Of a stretch of DNA of 64,000 nt, positions 17,462 to 27,312 are shown one piece after another. Below the pieces are notes generated by a model. The model did not search any database, was not told where the DNA came from, and saw only the letters and a list, made by a program, of their open reading frames with translations. The DNA is from an uncultured Candidatus Saccharibacteria bacterium (GTDB taxonomy: Bacteria > Patescibacteriota > Minisyncoccia > Minisyncoccales > GWA2-38-27): contig CAZOVC010000002.1 of NCBI GenBank assembly GCA_964583485.1, forward strand, positions 2,959-66,958. The letters are read 5' to 3'. Position numbers and translations under genes: made by a program. The stretch's first letter is position 1. Every line of letters begins with the position of its first letter.

Positions 17462-17758
17462 ATGAATGAAAAAAAGAGAATAATAATAGCAGGAGCAGCA
17501 AAAACAATAGGACTAATAGTAGTTATTCTTGCTATAACTATGTCTATAGCTATGTATTGCGACATTGATCCATTTGGACATAAATGTTTTTCTGCCGGTG
17601 ACCAATGGGGAAAACAAAATATCAACTTCTTCCATGATCCTAATGGCGAATTAGAAAAAGTTACTTATACTATTTATGTTGAACCGAACTCGCCGGATTG
17701 GGGAACATGGCAAAGAAGATTTTTGGAATTTCAACAAGAAAAAACTATAAACTGGTAG
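17462..17758 (+). CDS. Small secreted or membrane-anchored hypothetical protein (cassette 2 cargo, not recognisably related to cassette 1 cargo)
   Basis: 98-aa ORF with an N-terminal TM helix. RBS ggaaggg. Confidence 0.5.
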   Translation: MNEKKRIIIAGAAKTIGLIVVILAITMSIAMYCDIDPFGHKCFSAGDQWGKQNINFFHDPNGELEKVTYTIYVEPNSPDWGTWQRRFLEFQQEKTINW

Positions 17759-17825
17759 AAAAATGGAACCGGTTCGATAGCACAAAAAAGGCCCCTTGTG
17801 AGATACCCTCATAAGGGACTAAAAC

Positions 17826-17859
17826 AGAACGTCAGGTTCTACCAAGCTTGGCGTTTTTT
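17826..17859 (+). terminator. Rho-independent terminator aacgtcaggttctaccaagcttggcgttttttt (shared cassette 3' module, copy 2)
   Basis: Matches 16352-16385 at 32 of 34 positions. Confidence 0.5.
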
Positions 17860-18974
17860 TACTGGCTTAAATAAGTTACCATATAATCAGCGATTATTCT
17901 GGCAGCGTTAGGCCGGGAAAATTCTTTTGCTCTTTCTGTCATTTGTTTTAACCTTTCTGGCTGAGAAAATAAATTTTTAATTCTTTCTAAAACAAAATGC
18001 GGTCTTAAGTTTGCTTCTTCTATTACTAAACTAGCCCCATTTTCAGCATAAGCATAAGCATTTTTAACTTGATGATTTTGAGCTGATTCCGGCAAAGGAA
18101 CTAATATGCTTGGTTTTCCTATCAGCGCAATTTCAAAAATAGTTCCTGCTCCGGCCCTGCTAATAATCAAATCAGCTGCTGAATAAGCATTAGCTATTTC
18201 AATTTCATTTAAAAACGGGGAAGGATGATAATACCTTCTAAAGTCTTCTGTTATTACAACTTCCGCCTCTTTTCTTATCTGTTCAAAATTACTCTTGCCT
18301 GTTTGATGAATTATTTCATAATCTTTTAAAATATTGGGCAGAATTGACAATATTTTATCATTTATTCTTTGAGCGCCTTGAGAACCGCCTAAAATTAGAA
18401 TTACTGGTTTTTCTCCTGTTAAATTAAATAATTTCTTTGCTTCTTGTTTAGAGCCTTCTAAAATCTCTTTTCTCGCGGGATTGCCAATTGAAAGCATTTT
18501 TTTTGCTGGAAAGTATTCTGTCTTTTTAATAGAAAAAGAGATAAAAATCTCTAAAGCAAATCTGCCTGCTATTCTGTTAGCTAAACCAGGAGAAATATCT
18601 GATTCATGCAAAAAGATTGGAACCATTAAAATCCAACCAGAAATAGAAGCGGCTATTGATCCATATCCTCCTTTGCTGAAAATAACATCTGGGGAAATGA
18701 TAAAAATGTGATAAAAGGCCTGAAGAATTCCAATAGGAAGCTTAAATATATCAATAACATTCTTAAAAGAAAAATATCTTCTAATTTTGCCGGCTAAAAT
18801 TGTTTTTACCTCAACCCCCTCTTTCAAAAGAAGCTCTTTAGAAAATTTATCCTTAGGTCCTAAGTAAAAAAACTCAAAACCTGCATTAGGATAATTCTTC
18901 TTCATTTCTCTGATAACAGCGACTATTGGAAAAATATGACCAGCGGTTCCTCCGCCAGTAAATAGTATTTTCAT
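17859..18974 (-). CDS. murG: UDP-N-acetylglucosamine--N-acetylmuramyl-(pentapeptide) pyrophosphoryl-undecaprenol GlcNAc transferase
   Basis: MKILFTGGGTAGHIFPIVAV N-terminus. 371 aa. Confidence 0.88.
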   Translation of the reverse strand: MKILFTGGGTAGHIFPIVAVIREMKKNYPNAGFEFFYLGPKDKFSKELLLKEGVEVKTILAGKIRRYFSFKNVIDIFKLPIGILQAFYHIFIISPDVIFSKGGYGSIAASISGWILMVPIFLHESDISPGLANRIAGRFALEIFISFSIKKTEYFPAKKMLSIGNPARKEILEGSKQEAKKLFNLTGEKPVILILGGSQGAQRINDKILSILPNILKDYEIIHQTGKSNFEQIRKEAEVVITEDFRRYYHPSPFLNEIEIANAYSAADLIISRAGAGTIFEIALIGKPSILVPLPESAQNHQVKNAYAYAENGASLVIEEANLRPHFVLERIKNLFSQPERLKQMTERAKEFSRPNAARIIADYMVTYLSQ

Positions 18975-18988
18975 ATTAATTTATTATA

Positions 18989-20077
18989 TCACTTTTTACT
19001 TGATTTTGAAATATTTAAAAGAATTCCTATTCCAATCAGTTCTGCGACTATATGCGAGCCCCCATAACTAATAAACGGCAAAGGAATACCGGTTAATGGT
19101 AAAATGCCAATCATTGCCCCCATGTTAATAAAGGCCTGAATGCAAATCCAGCAGCTTATGCCTATTGCCAGAAGTTGAGAAAATTTATTCTGAGACATTT
19201 TGGCAATTCTAAATCCTTTCCAAAGCAAAAGCAAAAAAAGAGAAATTAGAACAATAGAACCGACAAATCCAGTTTCTTCGGCAAATATGGCAAAGATTGA
19301 ATCTGACATTGTTTGAGGAATCCAGCCAAACTTTTGCGCAGACATACCAAGACCTAACCCAAAAATTCCTCCAGAACCAATAGTAATCAGAATTTGTTTT
19401 ATTTGATAACCCATTCCCATCGGATCAATTCCTGGATTTAAAAAAACTAAAATCCTTTTCATTCTATATGGAGCGATTTTTATTAATCCAAATATTCCTC
19501 CCGCGCATATTAAAATTGCTAAAGCAGTATGCCAAAAAGGAAAACCCGACGAGAAATACATTAAAATGCCAACCGAAATAATTACTGCTAAAGTACTAAC
19601 ATCTGATTGCAGGGTCAAAAGAAAAGCAAGAACTCCTAATATTATTAAAAAAGGAATCAAAGTAAAAGCCTTCTTATTTTTCAGAAAACTAGTTAACAAG
19701 GCGGAAAGATAAATAATAAAAGTAAGTTTTAAAAATTCAGACGGCTGAAAAGTAAAAAATCCCAAATTCATCCAACGAGGCGCTCCTCCAGCAATAATAC
19801 CTATTTTGGGGATAAAAACTAAAGCCATAAAGGCCAGATTTATTAAAATAAATATCAGGGCATATTTTTTTAAAAATGACAAGCTTATTTTAAACGCAAT
19901 AAAACCCAATGCGAGACCGACAGATAATCGAATAATCTGATGCAAAAGATAATAAGTTGTTTTGCCAAACTTTTCTTGGGAAAAATTTGCTGATACGTTA
20001 GCTAAAACTAAAATTCCTATGATTAATAAAATACATGTTACGATAGCTAAAAAATAATCAAACTTATGCTTTTTCAT
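18989..20077 (-). CDS. ftsW: SEDS-family peptidoglycan polymerase FtsW/RodA
   Basis: Ten TM helices. C-terminal LPLTGIPLPFISYGGS motif. Confidence 0.85.
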   Translation of the reverse strand: MKKHKFDYFLAIVTCILLIIGILVLANVSANFSQEKFGKTTYYLLHQIIRLSVGLALGFIAFKISLSFLKKYALIFILINLAFMALVFIPKIGIIAGGAPRWMNLGFFTFQPSEFLKLTFIIYLSALLTSFLKNKKAFTLIPFLIILGVLAFLLTLQSDVSTLAVIISVGILMYFSSGFPFWHTALAILICAGGIFGLIKIAPYRMKRILVFLNPGIDPMGMGYQIKQILITIGSGGIFGLGLGMSAQKFGWIPQTMSDSIFAIFAEETGFVGSIVLISLFLLLLWKGFRIAKMSQNKFSQLLAIGISCWICIQAFINMGAMIGILPLTGIPLPFISYGGSHIVAELIGIGILLNISKSSKK

Positions 20078-20083
20078 AAATAG

Positions 20084-20131
20084 AATACGAGAACTGTTCT
20101 CGTAGAGCTCTACGAGAACAGTTCTCGTATT
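20084..20131. promoter_or_regulatory. 48-nt perfect nested palindrome (aatacgagaactgttctcgtagag|ctctacgagaacagttctcgtatt) spanning the murD stop codon and the murD-ftsW junction
   Basis: Read from the sequence. Half of it encodes the murD C-terminus IRELFS. Confidence 0.5.
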
Positions 20132-21363
20132 GCTTTAACAAATTGTTCTCCTCTGTCAAATTCGTTCTCAAATAAATTAAAACTTGCTGCTCCGGGAGAA
20201 AGCAAAATAATATCTCCTTTTTGAGCCAAGCTCCTTGCCCTTTTAACTGCTTCTTTCATAGACCTTGCAGAAAAAGCAGGGACCCGGGTCTCTGTCAGCT
20301 CCCTTTTCAATTTATCAGAAGCTGTTCCCGGCAATAAAATAAGATGTTCTACGTTCTTTTTTATCTCTTTAGCTAATTGTTTGTAGTTTAATTTCTTGTC
20401 TTGACCACCGGCAATAAGGATAATTCTTGAAGTGGAAAACCTCTTTATTGCCAATATAGCTGATTGGGGCGTGGTAGCGGTAGTATCGTTAATATACTTT
20501 ACTTCATTTTTTATCGCAACCAGTTCTTGCCTATTGGGAACACCTCTAAAATTAGAAAGAACTTTTTTAATGTTCTTTTTGGGAATTTTGAAAATTTTAG
20601 CAACAGAAACAGCGGCGGAAATGTTGGAATCCCTGAAAAAATAAACTTTTGACAGCGCTTCTTTGGCCAGATTTCTTGTTTCAGGATTATTATAATTTAG
20701 AATTAAAATATCGTTTTTCTTCTGATATTTAAAAATCGACTTCTTTGCTTCAATATAGTCATTAAAGTTTTTATATCTATTTAAATGGTCTGGAAAAAGA
20801 GTGGTGATAACGGCTATATGAGGACTTTTCTTTAAATCCTCTAACTCAAAACTGGAAAGTTCCAAGACAACTTTTGTTTTTTTATTTACCCTGCCTAAAA
20901 CCTCCAGGGGCGAGATTCCGATGTTTCCGGCCAAAACAGTATTTGGAAACTTAGTTTCCAAAAATAAATAAATAAGAGTGGCGGTGGTTGATTTGCCTTT
21001 AGTGCCGGTAATTCCAATAATTGACGCCGGGCATAAATCAAAAAATATATCTATGTCTGTTTTTACAGAAATATTATTATCTTTGGCGATTTTTAAATAT
21101 TTAGATTCTCTAAAAACACCAGGGTTCTTGATAATTAAATCAGCATTAATAAAATCTTCTTTTCTGTGTTTACCTAATACAAATTTAACCCGGTTAAGTT
21201 TTTTAAGTTTTTTAATTGACTCTTTCAGTTCCTTTCTGGTTTTCAAATCAGTAACTAAAACTTTAGCTCCTTGTTTATGGAAAAACTTAGCAGCGCCAAC
21301 TCCCCCGCCGAGCAAACCCAACCCCATAATCACAATCTTTTTGTTTTTAAATAATTTTTTCAT
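20110..21363 (-). CDS. murD: UDP-N-acetylmuramoylalanine--D-glutamate ligase
   Basis: IVIMGLGLLGGGVGAAKFF Rossmann N-terminus and a GITGTKGKSTT P-loop. Confidence 0.88.
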   Translation of the reverse strand: MKKLFKNKKIVIMGLGLLGGGVGAAKFFHKQGAKVLVTDLKTRKELKESIKKLKKLNRVKFVLGKHRKEDFINADLIIKNPGVFRESKYLKIAKDNNISVKTDIDIFFDLCPASIIGITGTKGKSTTATLIYLFLETKFPNTVLAGNIGISPLEVLGRVNKKTKVVLELSSFELEDLKKSPHIAVITTLFPDHLNRYKNFNDYIEAKKSIFKYQKKNDILILNYNNPETRNLAKEALSKVYFFRDSNISAAVSVAKIFKIPKKNIKKVLSNFRGVPNRQELVAIKNEVKYINDTTATTPQSAILAIKRFSTSRIILIAGGQDKKLNYKQLAKEIKKNVEHLILLPGTASDKLKRELTETRVPAFSARSMKEAVKRARSLAQKGDIILLSPGAASFNLFENEFDRGEQFVKAIRELFS

Positions 21364-21364
21364 A

Positions 21365-22153
21365 TTAAAACGGGTCCCTTATTATTGGTTTAATTTCTTG
21401 GTTTAAACAAAATTTGCTTATCTTTTTTAAATTATAGGGCTGGTCGCTGAAGAAAAATTGGTGCTTGCCGACGGCCGAAGATTCAACGAATGCGGGATTA
21501 TTTTTCAAAAATAATTTAAGCTCTTTTGCCAAGCTTTTTGCCGGATTGACAATTCTGATTTTTTCTCCGATTTCTTTTCTTATCGCTTTTTCCAACATCG
21601 GATAATGAGTGCAAGCTAAAATTAAAGTGTCCACTTCCCTATTTTTGAATTCCTTCAAATATTTTTTAACTATCTCTTTGATTATTTCCCCATCAATCCA
21701 GCCCTCTTCAACCAAAGGAACAAACAAAGGACAAGGTTTTGAATAAATTTTCAGATTTGGCTCTAATGCTAAAAGTTTCTTTTCCCAAGCGCCGCTTTTT
21801 ATTGTCCCTGGCGTGCCGATAATCCCAATTTTTTTATTTCTGGTTGTTAAAATGGCTTCTTTTGCCCCTGGGCTTATCATCTCAAAAATCGGCACTCTTT
21901 TAAATTCTTTTTTCAGTAAATCGGTTGCCCAGGCCGAAGAAGTATGGCAGGCAACAACAATAATTTTAGCTCCTTTTGCTAAAAGCCATTCCGTTATTTT
22001 TACTGAATATCTCCGGACAAAATCAGCCCCTTTAGTGCCGTAAGGCAAACGGGCTGTGTCGCCGAAATAAATTATCTGGCAATCGGACAGTTCTTTAAAA
22101 ATCTCTTTGACAACCGACAACCCCCCAACCCCAGAATCAAAAATTCCAATCAT
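21365..22153 (-). CDS. murI: Glutamate racemase
   Basis: MIGIFDSGVGGLSV ... VVACHTSS ... ILACTHYP. Confidence 0.85.
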   Translation of the reverse strand: MIGIFDSGVGGLSVVKEIFKELSDCQIIYFGDTARLPYGTKGADFVRRYSVKITEWLLAKGAKIIVVACHTSSAWATDLLKKEFKRVPIFEMISPGAKEAILTTRNKKIGIIGTPGTIKSGAWEKKLLALEPNLKIYSKPCPLFVPLVEEGWIDGEIIKEIVKKYLKEFKNREVDTLILACTHYPMLEKAIRKEIGEKIRIVNPAKSLAKELKLFLKNNPAFVESSAVGKHQFFFSDQPYNLKKISKFCLNQEIKPIIRDPF

Positions 22154-22265
22154 TATTTCAGTATATTAAAAAAACATTCATTTGACAAATTTTGGCAAAA
22201 AAGATAAACTCTTTAAGTAGACGTTAACAAGTTAAAATTTGTTCTTTAAAATAGAAAGGTTAAAT

Positions 22266-22952
22266 ATGGTGAATAGAATAAGAAGAATAATAAGAAGAAA
22301 GAAAAGAAACGCCCGCTATAGACTAAATATATTTTGGTTTAAAAAAAAGAAAGAATTCAGTATAGATAATTTAATTATTATTACCAATCCTGTGTACACT
22401 GATGATTTTAGAATAAGAAAAAGAGCGCTTAGAGAATTCTTAGCAAGAACGGATAAGGTGTTTGAAGAATTTTCTCGCATGCTTAACGCGGCTCGGGACA
22501 TCTTGGAGAAAGACGAACCGCTAAAACAAGGGTTCTGGGATCAATTTTTAGGCATACGCACTGTTGATAATTTTGCCGAATTGATTTACGCGGGCGAAGC
22601 TATGGCGGCCGAAAGATTCACTCAAGACATCAAGAGCGGAGTTATAATTCCTAAACAGGCTAAAAAGGTATGGATATCCCTTTTTATAAAATTTACGGAT
22701 GAAAATTCGAGAAAGAATATATGGAATAAAATTAAGCGGTTTAATCCGGAGGATAGAGAAATAAAAAGCCTATTTGATATGGATGGAAATCAAGAAATTA
22801 TGCGCTCGCTTCCCAAAATAGCCGCCGAAGTAAGAAAGATTCTTAAACAGAATAAAAAAATAGAAGATAAAAGAAAAGGACTTCTTAGCGATCTAAGAAA
22901 ATTTATTGACGCCGCAATAAAAGAAAAAGAGGCAAAACAAAAGCAGGAATAA
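22266..22952 (+). CDS. Hypothetical basic protein (alternative start at 22239)
   Basis: Arg/Lys-rich N-terminus. No family recognised. Confidence 0.4.
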   Translation: MVNRIRRIIRRKKRNARYRLNIFWFKKKKEFSIDNLIIITNPVYTDDFRIRKRALREFLARTDKVFEEFSRMLNAARDILEKDEPLKQGFWDQFLGIRTVDNFAELIYAGEAMAAERFTQDIKSGVIIPKQAKKVWISLFIKFTDENSRKNIWNKIKRFNPEDREIKSLFDMDGNQEIMRSLPKIAAEVRKILKQNKKIEDKRKGLLSDLRKFIDAAIKEKEAKQKQE

Positions 22953-22977
22953 AGGAATACCCTGCTTTTTTTATTTT

Positions 22978-24036
22978 TTAGCCGAGGAGACGAATGGCGA
23001 CGCCGATGATTGCCATTACAACTCCAATTACCCAAAAGCGCATTGTGATTTTAGAATAAGGCCAGCCCCTGGCTTCAAAATGATGATGAATCGGAGCTGC
23101 TAAGAAAACTTTTTTCTTTCTGAATTTTTTTGACAAAAGTTGAATAATTACAGAACCAGACTCAATAACAAGCAAAAAACCGATTATTGGCAAAACTAAA
23201 ATAGAATCAGTTAAAAAAGCAACTACTGTTAAAGCGCAGCAAAGGCCCAGCATTCCGGTCTCTCCCATATAAAATCTGGCCGGCGGGATATTAAACCATA
23301 AGAAAGCTAAAATTGCTCCGGCGATTACAGCGCAAAAAGCAGCTAAATCAATCTGGCCGTTAAACAAAGCAATACCTCCAAAAGCAGCAAAGATTACAGC
23401 AAAAGCTCCTCCAGCCAAACCGTCTAAACCATCAATTACTCCTCCGCTGTAGGTTGCCAGCATTATTAAAACAAAAAGAGGAACATACCAGAGACCTATA
23501 AAGAAATCTCCATTCCCGGGAATATGAATAGTGCTGTATCCTAATTTGTAATAAAACCAATAAGCTCCGATTAACCCGATTAAAGTAACTAAGATTAATC
23601 TGTATTTTAACATTAAGCCGCCTCCGATATATTTACCCATTTTTAACACTTGCAAAACGTCATCTAAAAGCCCTACTAAAGAAGCTGCAATTAAGGCAAA
23701 AAGGGGCAGCCAGGTTTGAGACCTGCTTAAAAAGTTTAGCTTTTTAAACCACCAAATATCTGTTTTAGACAATAAGAAAAAAAGAACAGCTAAGATTAAA
23801 ACACTTGTCCAAATAAGAAGTCCTCCAAATCTTGGAACATGGACTTCTTTTTCAGAATGAAATTTCTTAAAGAAAAAAAGCTCTTTATTATCTATTGATT
23901 TAGTTCTAATTTCTTTTCTCCAAAGCTTGTACTTATACAAGAAATGAGTAAGAATCGGGGTCAACCAAAAAGCTAAAATAAAGCTCATTGCTCCAAGCAT
24001 AAAAATTTTAATAACATTTATCGTAATCTCGTTCAT
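22978..24036 (-). CDS. mraY: Phospho-N-acetylmuramoyl-pentapeptide transferase
   Basis: 352-aa polytopic protein with C-terminal LAAPIHHHFE motif. Confidence 0.88.
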   Translation of the reverse strand: MNEITINVIKIFMLGAMSFILAFWLTPILTHFLYKYKLWRKEIRTKSIDNKELFFFKKFHSEKEVHVPRFGGLLIWTSVLILAVLFFLLSKTDIWWFKKLNFLSRSQTWLPLFALIAASLVGLLDDVLQVLKMGKYIGGGLMLKYRLILVTLIGLIGAYWFYYKLGYSTIHIPGNGDFFIGLWYVPLFVLIMLATYSGGVIDGLDGLAGGAFAVIFAAFGGIALFNGQIDLAAFCAVIAGAILAFLWFNIPPARFYMGETGMLGLCCALTVVAFLTDSILVLPIIGFLLVIESGSVIIQLLSKKFRKKKVFLAAPIHHHFEARGWPYSKITMRFWVIGVVMAIIGVAIRLLG

Positions 24037-24075
24037 TGTCTTATTATAGTATTTTAATAAAAACCATGCAAACTA

Positions 24076-24104
24076 TTGACAAATTTAAACAATGGGTGTA
24101 TAAT
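24076..24104 (+). promoter_or_regulatory. Consensus sigma-70 promoter: TTGACA, 17-nt spacer, TATAAT
   Basis: Perfect hexamers, about 65 nt upstream of the 24171 start. Confidence 0.55.
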
Positions 24105-24170
24105 GTAGGTAGTTATTTCCACCATAATTAAGAAACTGGAAAGAAAAACTCTTTTTTAGGAGACATAACA

Positions 24171-24545
24171 ATGGTAGAAGAAAAAGCTCTTTCAATGAAG
24201 GAAGCGAAAGAAAAGTTGGCTGAACTGAAAAAACATATGCCTAAAGCCAGCGGTGAAATTGTCTACAAATTCGGACGTTTTCTCGCAGAACGCCTTAATC
24301 CTCAATTAGTCCCGCAGGGCTTTGTAATGGCTTGTGAACTCGCTCTTTACGATTTGCAAGAGGGAATAGATGGCTACAGTAATCAACCCATTCAAAGCAG
24401 CCTTGTTGGCTATCCACCAATGATTTATGGTCTTCTCCGTATGGAGATTCCGAGAATCGCCGAGGCAATCTTCCCAGAGGACTTTGCAACAAGCGTAAAG
24501 ACTATATTTGAGGAAATCAAGGCAACAATGCGAGAAAAAAAGTAG
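24171..24545 (+). CDS. Hypothetical protein
   Basis: 124-aa ORF with RBS aggagac. Followed by two hairpin terminators at 24571-24607 and 24631-24660. Confidence 0.45.
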   Translation: MVEEKALSMKEAKEKLAELKKHMPKASGEIVYKFGRFLAERLNPQLVPQGFVMACELALYDLQEGIDGYSNQPIQSSLVGYPPMIYGLLRMEIPRIAEAIFPEDFATSVKTIFEEIKATMREKK

Positions 24546-24570
24546 TCTTCAACAATGCACTAAAAGGCTT

Positions 24571-24607
24571 TGCCAGTTGTCCCAAACAACTGGCTTTTTT
24601 TATACAA
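24571..24607 (+). terminator. Rho-independent terminator (gccagttgt/caactggc then T7)
   Basis: Read from the sequence. Confidence 0.5.
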
Positions 24608-24872
24608 GAACTTTCTCATTCCGCCATTTTAATAAAAAACAAGCTTTTGGCTTGTTATATTTTAACCTCTATCTGAAATGGAATAATAGTCGTAAAGTGT
24701 TGGCTAAAAACCACATATCGTAATATCCGGCATATTTTAATTATAATATTTTGACAGGTTTTGACAATGGTATTGGTTTTTGATAAAATTAAAATAGAAT
24801 CATTATGAAAAAGCATGCTCTATTTAGAGGTGCTTTTTCTTTATAAACTGTTCGACACCGAGTGTCTAACAT

Positions 24873-25823
24873 CTATCTAATTGCGTTGATGAATTTGCGT
24901 GTTTCTGCGAAGCGGTCTTCGGCGCCTAAAACAATACTAACAAAATAACTTCCTTCTTCTTCTGGATTATCTAAAACCAAAAGCAAACAACCGCCAGCTT
25001 CAATACCCCAACCGGTCTTTCCTCCAATTATCTCTGGAATTTCTCTTAAAAGTTCATTAGTATTTTCAGGAATAAAGTGATGAAACGTATTATCTAAGTT
25101 TAAAACTTCATAAGATTGATTGGTTGTGATTTCAAAAATTTGAGGATAATTTACCAATATATATTTTGCAAGTTTCACAATATCTCTAACAGTTGAAACA
25201 TTTTTTAATTCTTCGGGATTATCCGGCTCAAGGCCAGTAGGATTAACAAAATAAGTGTTTTCAAGCCCTATTTTTTTAGAATAAAGATTCATTAACTCAA
25301 CAAATCCTTGCCTGCCAATCGGTTCAGTTAAAGCAAAAGCGGCATCATTGCTTGACTCAATCAATGCGATATACAAAAGGTTTTTAACTGACAAGCTCTC
25401 ACCTATTTTTAATTCTCCATATTTAGATTTGCCTTCCTGCTCTACTGCTTCTTTCGTTATTTTAACTGGTTGAGATTCAGTATAAACTTCATCAAGATCA
25501 AAAACTACCAAAGCTGTCATTAGTTTAGTTAAAGAAGCAATGGCCAATGATTCTTGAGGGTCTTTTTCAAATAAAATCTTCTCCTGACCATTTTCATTAA
25601 TCTTAACTAAAATTGCGGCTTTGGCATTAATTTCTAAAGATTTAAAGCGTTGCTGAAGCTCTTTTTCTAATTTTAATTCTTCGGTCTGCCTATTTGAAAT
25701 TCTTAAACTTCTGTTTAATTCTTCTTCAAACCAAGAATCTTGTAGATTTTCTGCCAAAACATTCATTCCCCACCAAAAAGGCAGGCTCAAAACAAGAGAA
25801 ATTAATAAAATTTTTAATCTCAT
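24873..25823 (-). CDS. D-alanyl-D-alanine carboxypeptidase (S11, PBP5/6-like)
   Basis: SxxK (ASLTK), SxN (SSND) and KTG (GGKTGWG) motifs, with an N-terminal signal sequence. Confidence 0.7.
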   Translation of the reverse strand: MRLKILLISLVLSLPFWWGMNVLAENLQDSWFEEELNRSLRISNRQTEELKLEKELQQRFKSLEINAKAAILVKINENGQEKILFEKDPQESLAIASLTKLMTALVVFDLDEVYTESQPVKITKEAVEQEGKSKYGELKIGESLSVKNLLYIALIESSNDAAFALTEPIGRQGFVELMNLYSKKIGLENTYFVNPTGLEPDNPEELKNVSTVRDIVKLAKYILVNYPQIFEITTNQSYEVLNLDNTFHHFIPENTNELLREIPEIIGGKTGWGIEAGGCLLLVLDNPEEEGSYFVSIVLGAEDRFAETRKFINAIR

Positions 25824-27226
25824 TTTATTTTTATTTTCAATTCTTTTAATTGTTCTTCTGAAATCTCTGAAGGAGCATCCATCATTAAATCCCTGCTATC
25901 CCCTGTTTTTGGAAAAGCAATAACCTCTCTAATATTTGGTTCTTTAAACAAAATAGCTAAAAACCTATCCAGCCCGGGAGCAATTCCGCCATGAGGCGGT
26001 ACGCCATATTGAAAAGCTCTTAATATATGACCGAATTTATCTTTAATATCCTTTTTCTTGTATCCGATTATCTCAAATACTGCTCCCAGAGCTTCGGATT
26101 TATGGTTTCTTATACTCCCCCCTCCTATTTCTGAACCATTTAATACAATGTCATATTGAGTAGTTAAAATGTTTTTAATATTCTTTTTCTTTAGCAAATC
26201 ATGCCTAAACTCTGGTTTTGGAGCTGAAAAGGGATTATGAGTAAAAGTCCATTTATTCTTATCATCTTTTTCAAAAAATGGAAAATCAACTACCCAGCAA
26301 AAGGCCAGCAAATCAGGATTATCTTTGTCCTTGCGTAAATCGGGCCTATCGCTCTTATGCTTTTTCATTGCTTTTTCATAAGTGAGTCGCGGAAAAGGAA
26401 TTTCTTGAATTTTCTTTTCAGGATATAGTTTTTTAACTAAAGTAATAAACAAATTTTCAGTTAAGCGCATTACATCTTTTTGTTCTACAAAAGACATTTC
26501 TATATCTAATTGAGTATGCTCGGGCTGTCGGTCGCCTCTTGGATCTTCATCGCGAAGACAATGAGCAATTTGAAAATATCTTTCAAAGCCAGCAATTTGC
26601 AATAATTGCTTATACTGCTGGGGCGACTGCGGCAAGGCAAAAAACTTGCCTGGCTGCAATCTGGAAGGAACTACAAAATCGCGAGCTCCTTCTGGGGTTG
26701 ACTTGGTTAAAATAGGTGTTTCAATCTCAATAAATTTCTCTTTTTGCAAAAAATCACGCATAAACTGAATAACTCTCTGTCTTTCTATCATATTCTTTCT
26801 TAATCTTTCCCTTCTTAAATCCAAATAGCGGTATTTCATTCTCTTTTCCTCATTTATCTCATATCCATTTCCGTCAATAGAAAAAGGCAGGGTTTTTGCT
26901 TTAGATAAAACTTTCAAATTTTCAATTGAAACTTCTATTTTTCCAGTTTCAATTTTCGGATTCACCATTTTAGGAGGCCGATTAGAAACCCTTCCTACTG
27001 CCTCAATAACCCATTCGGGCCGAATTTCTTTAGCAATATCTGAAGTATCTACCAATTGAACAATCCCGCTCATATCGCGAAGGTCAATAAAAATAATCTT
27101 GCCGTGCGACCTTATAGAATTAACCCATCCGCAAACTTTCACGCTTTTACCAAGATATTTAGTTGTTTCTTTATTAACAATTCTTTCCATTAAATTCATT
27201 ATATACAAATTTCTTAAACTTGACAA
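25820..27226 (-). CDS. aspS: Aspartyl-tRNA synthetase, short form lacking the GAD insertion
   Basis: CLRDEDPRGDRQPEHTQLDIEMSF and NGSEIGGGSIRNH motifs. 468 aa. Confidence 0.8.
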   Translation of the reverse strand: MSSLRNLYIMNLMERIVNKETTKYLGKSVKVCGWVNSIRSHGKIIFIDLRDMSGIVQLVDTSDIAKEIRPEWVIEAVGRVSNRPPKMVNPKIETGKIEVSIENLKVLSKAKTLPFSIDGNGYEINEEKRMKYRYLDLRRERLRKNMIERQRVIQFMRDFLQKEKFIEIETPILTKSTPEGARDFVVPSRLQPGKFFALPQSPQQYKQLLQIAGFERYFQIAHCLRDEDPRGDRQPEHTQLDIEMSFVEQKDVMRLTENLFITLVKKLYPEKKIQEIPFPRLTYEKAMKKHKSDRPDLRKDKDNPDLLAFCWVVDFPFFEKDDKNKWTFTHNPFSAPKPEFRHDLLKKKNIKNILTTQYDIVLNGSEIGGGSIRNHKSEALGAVFEIIGYKKKDIKDKFGHILRAFQYGVPPHGGIAPGLDRFLAILFKEPNIREVIAFPKTGDSRDLMMDAPSEISEEQLKELKIKIK

Positions 27227-27312
27227 ACGTTATTGCTTTGCTAACATTAAAATAGCTGTTTTAAACAATTTAACCGGGTAAATAAGGATTTTGTTTTGAA
27301 AGGAATCAAGAA

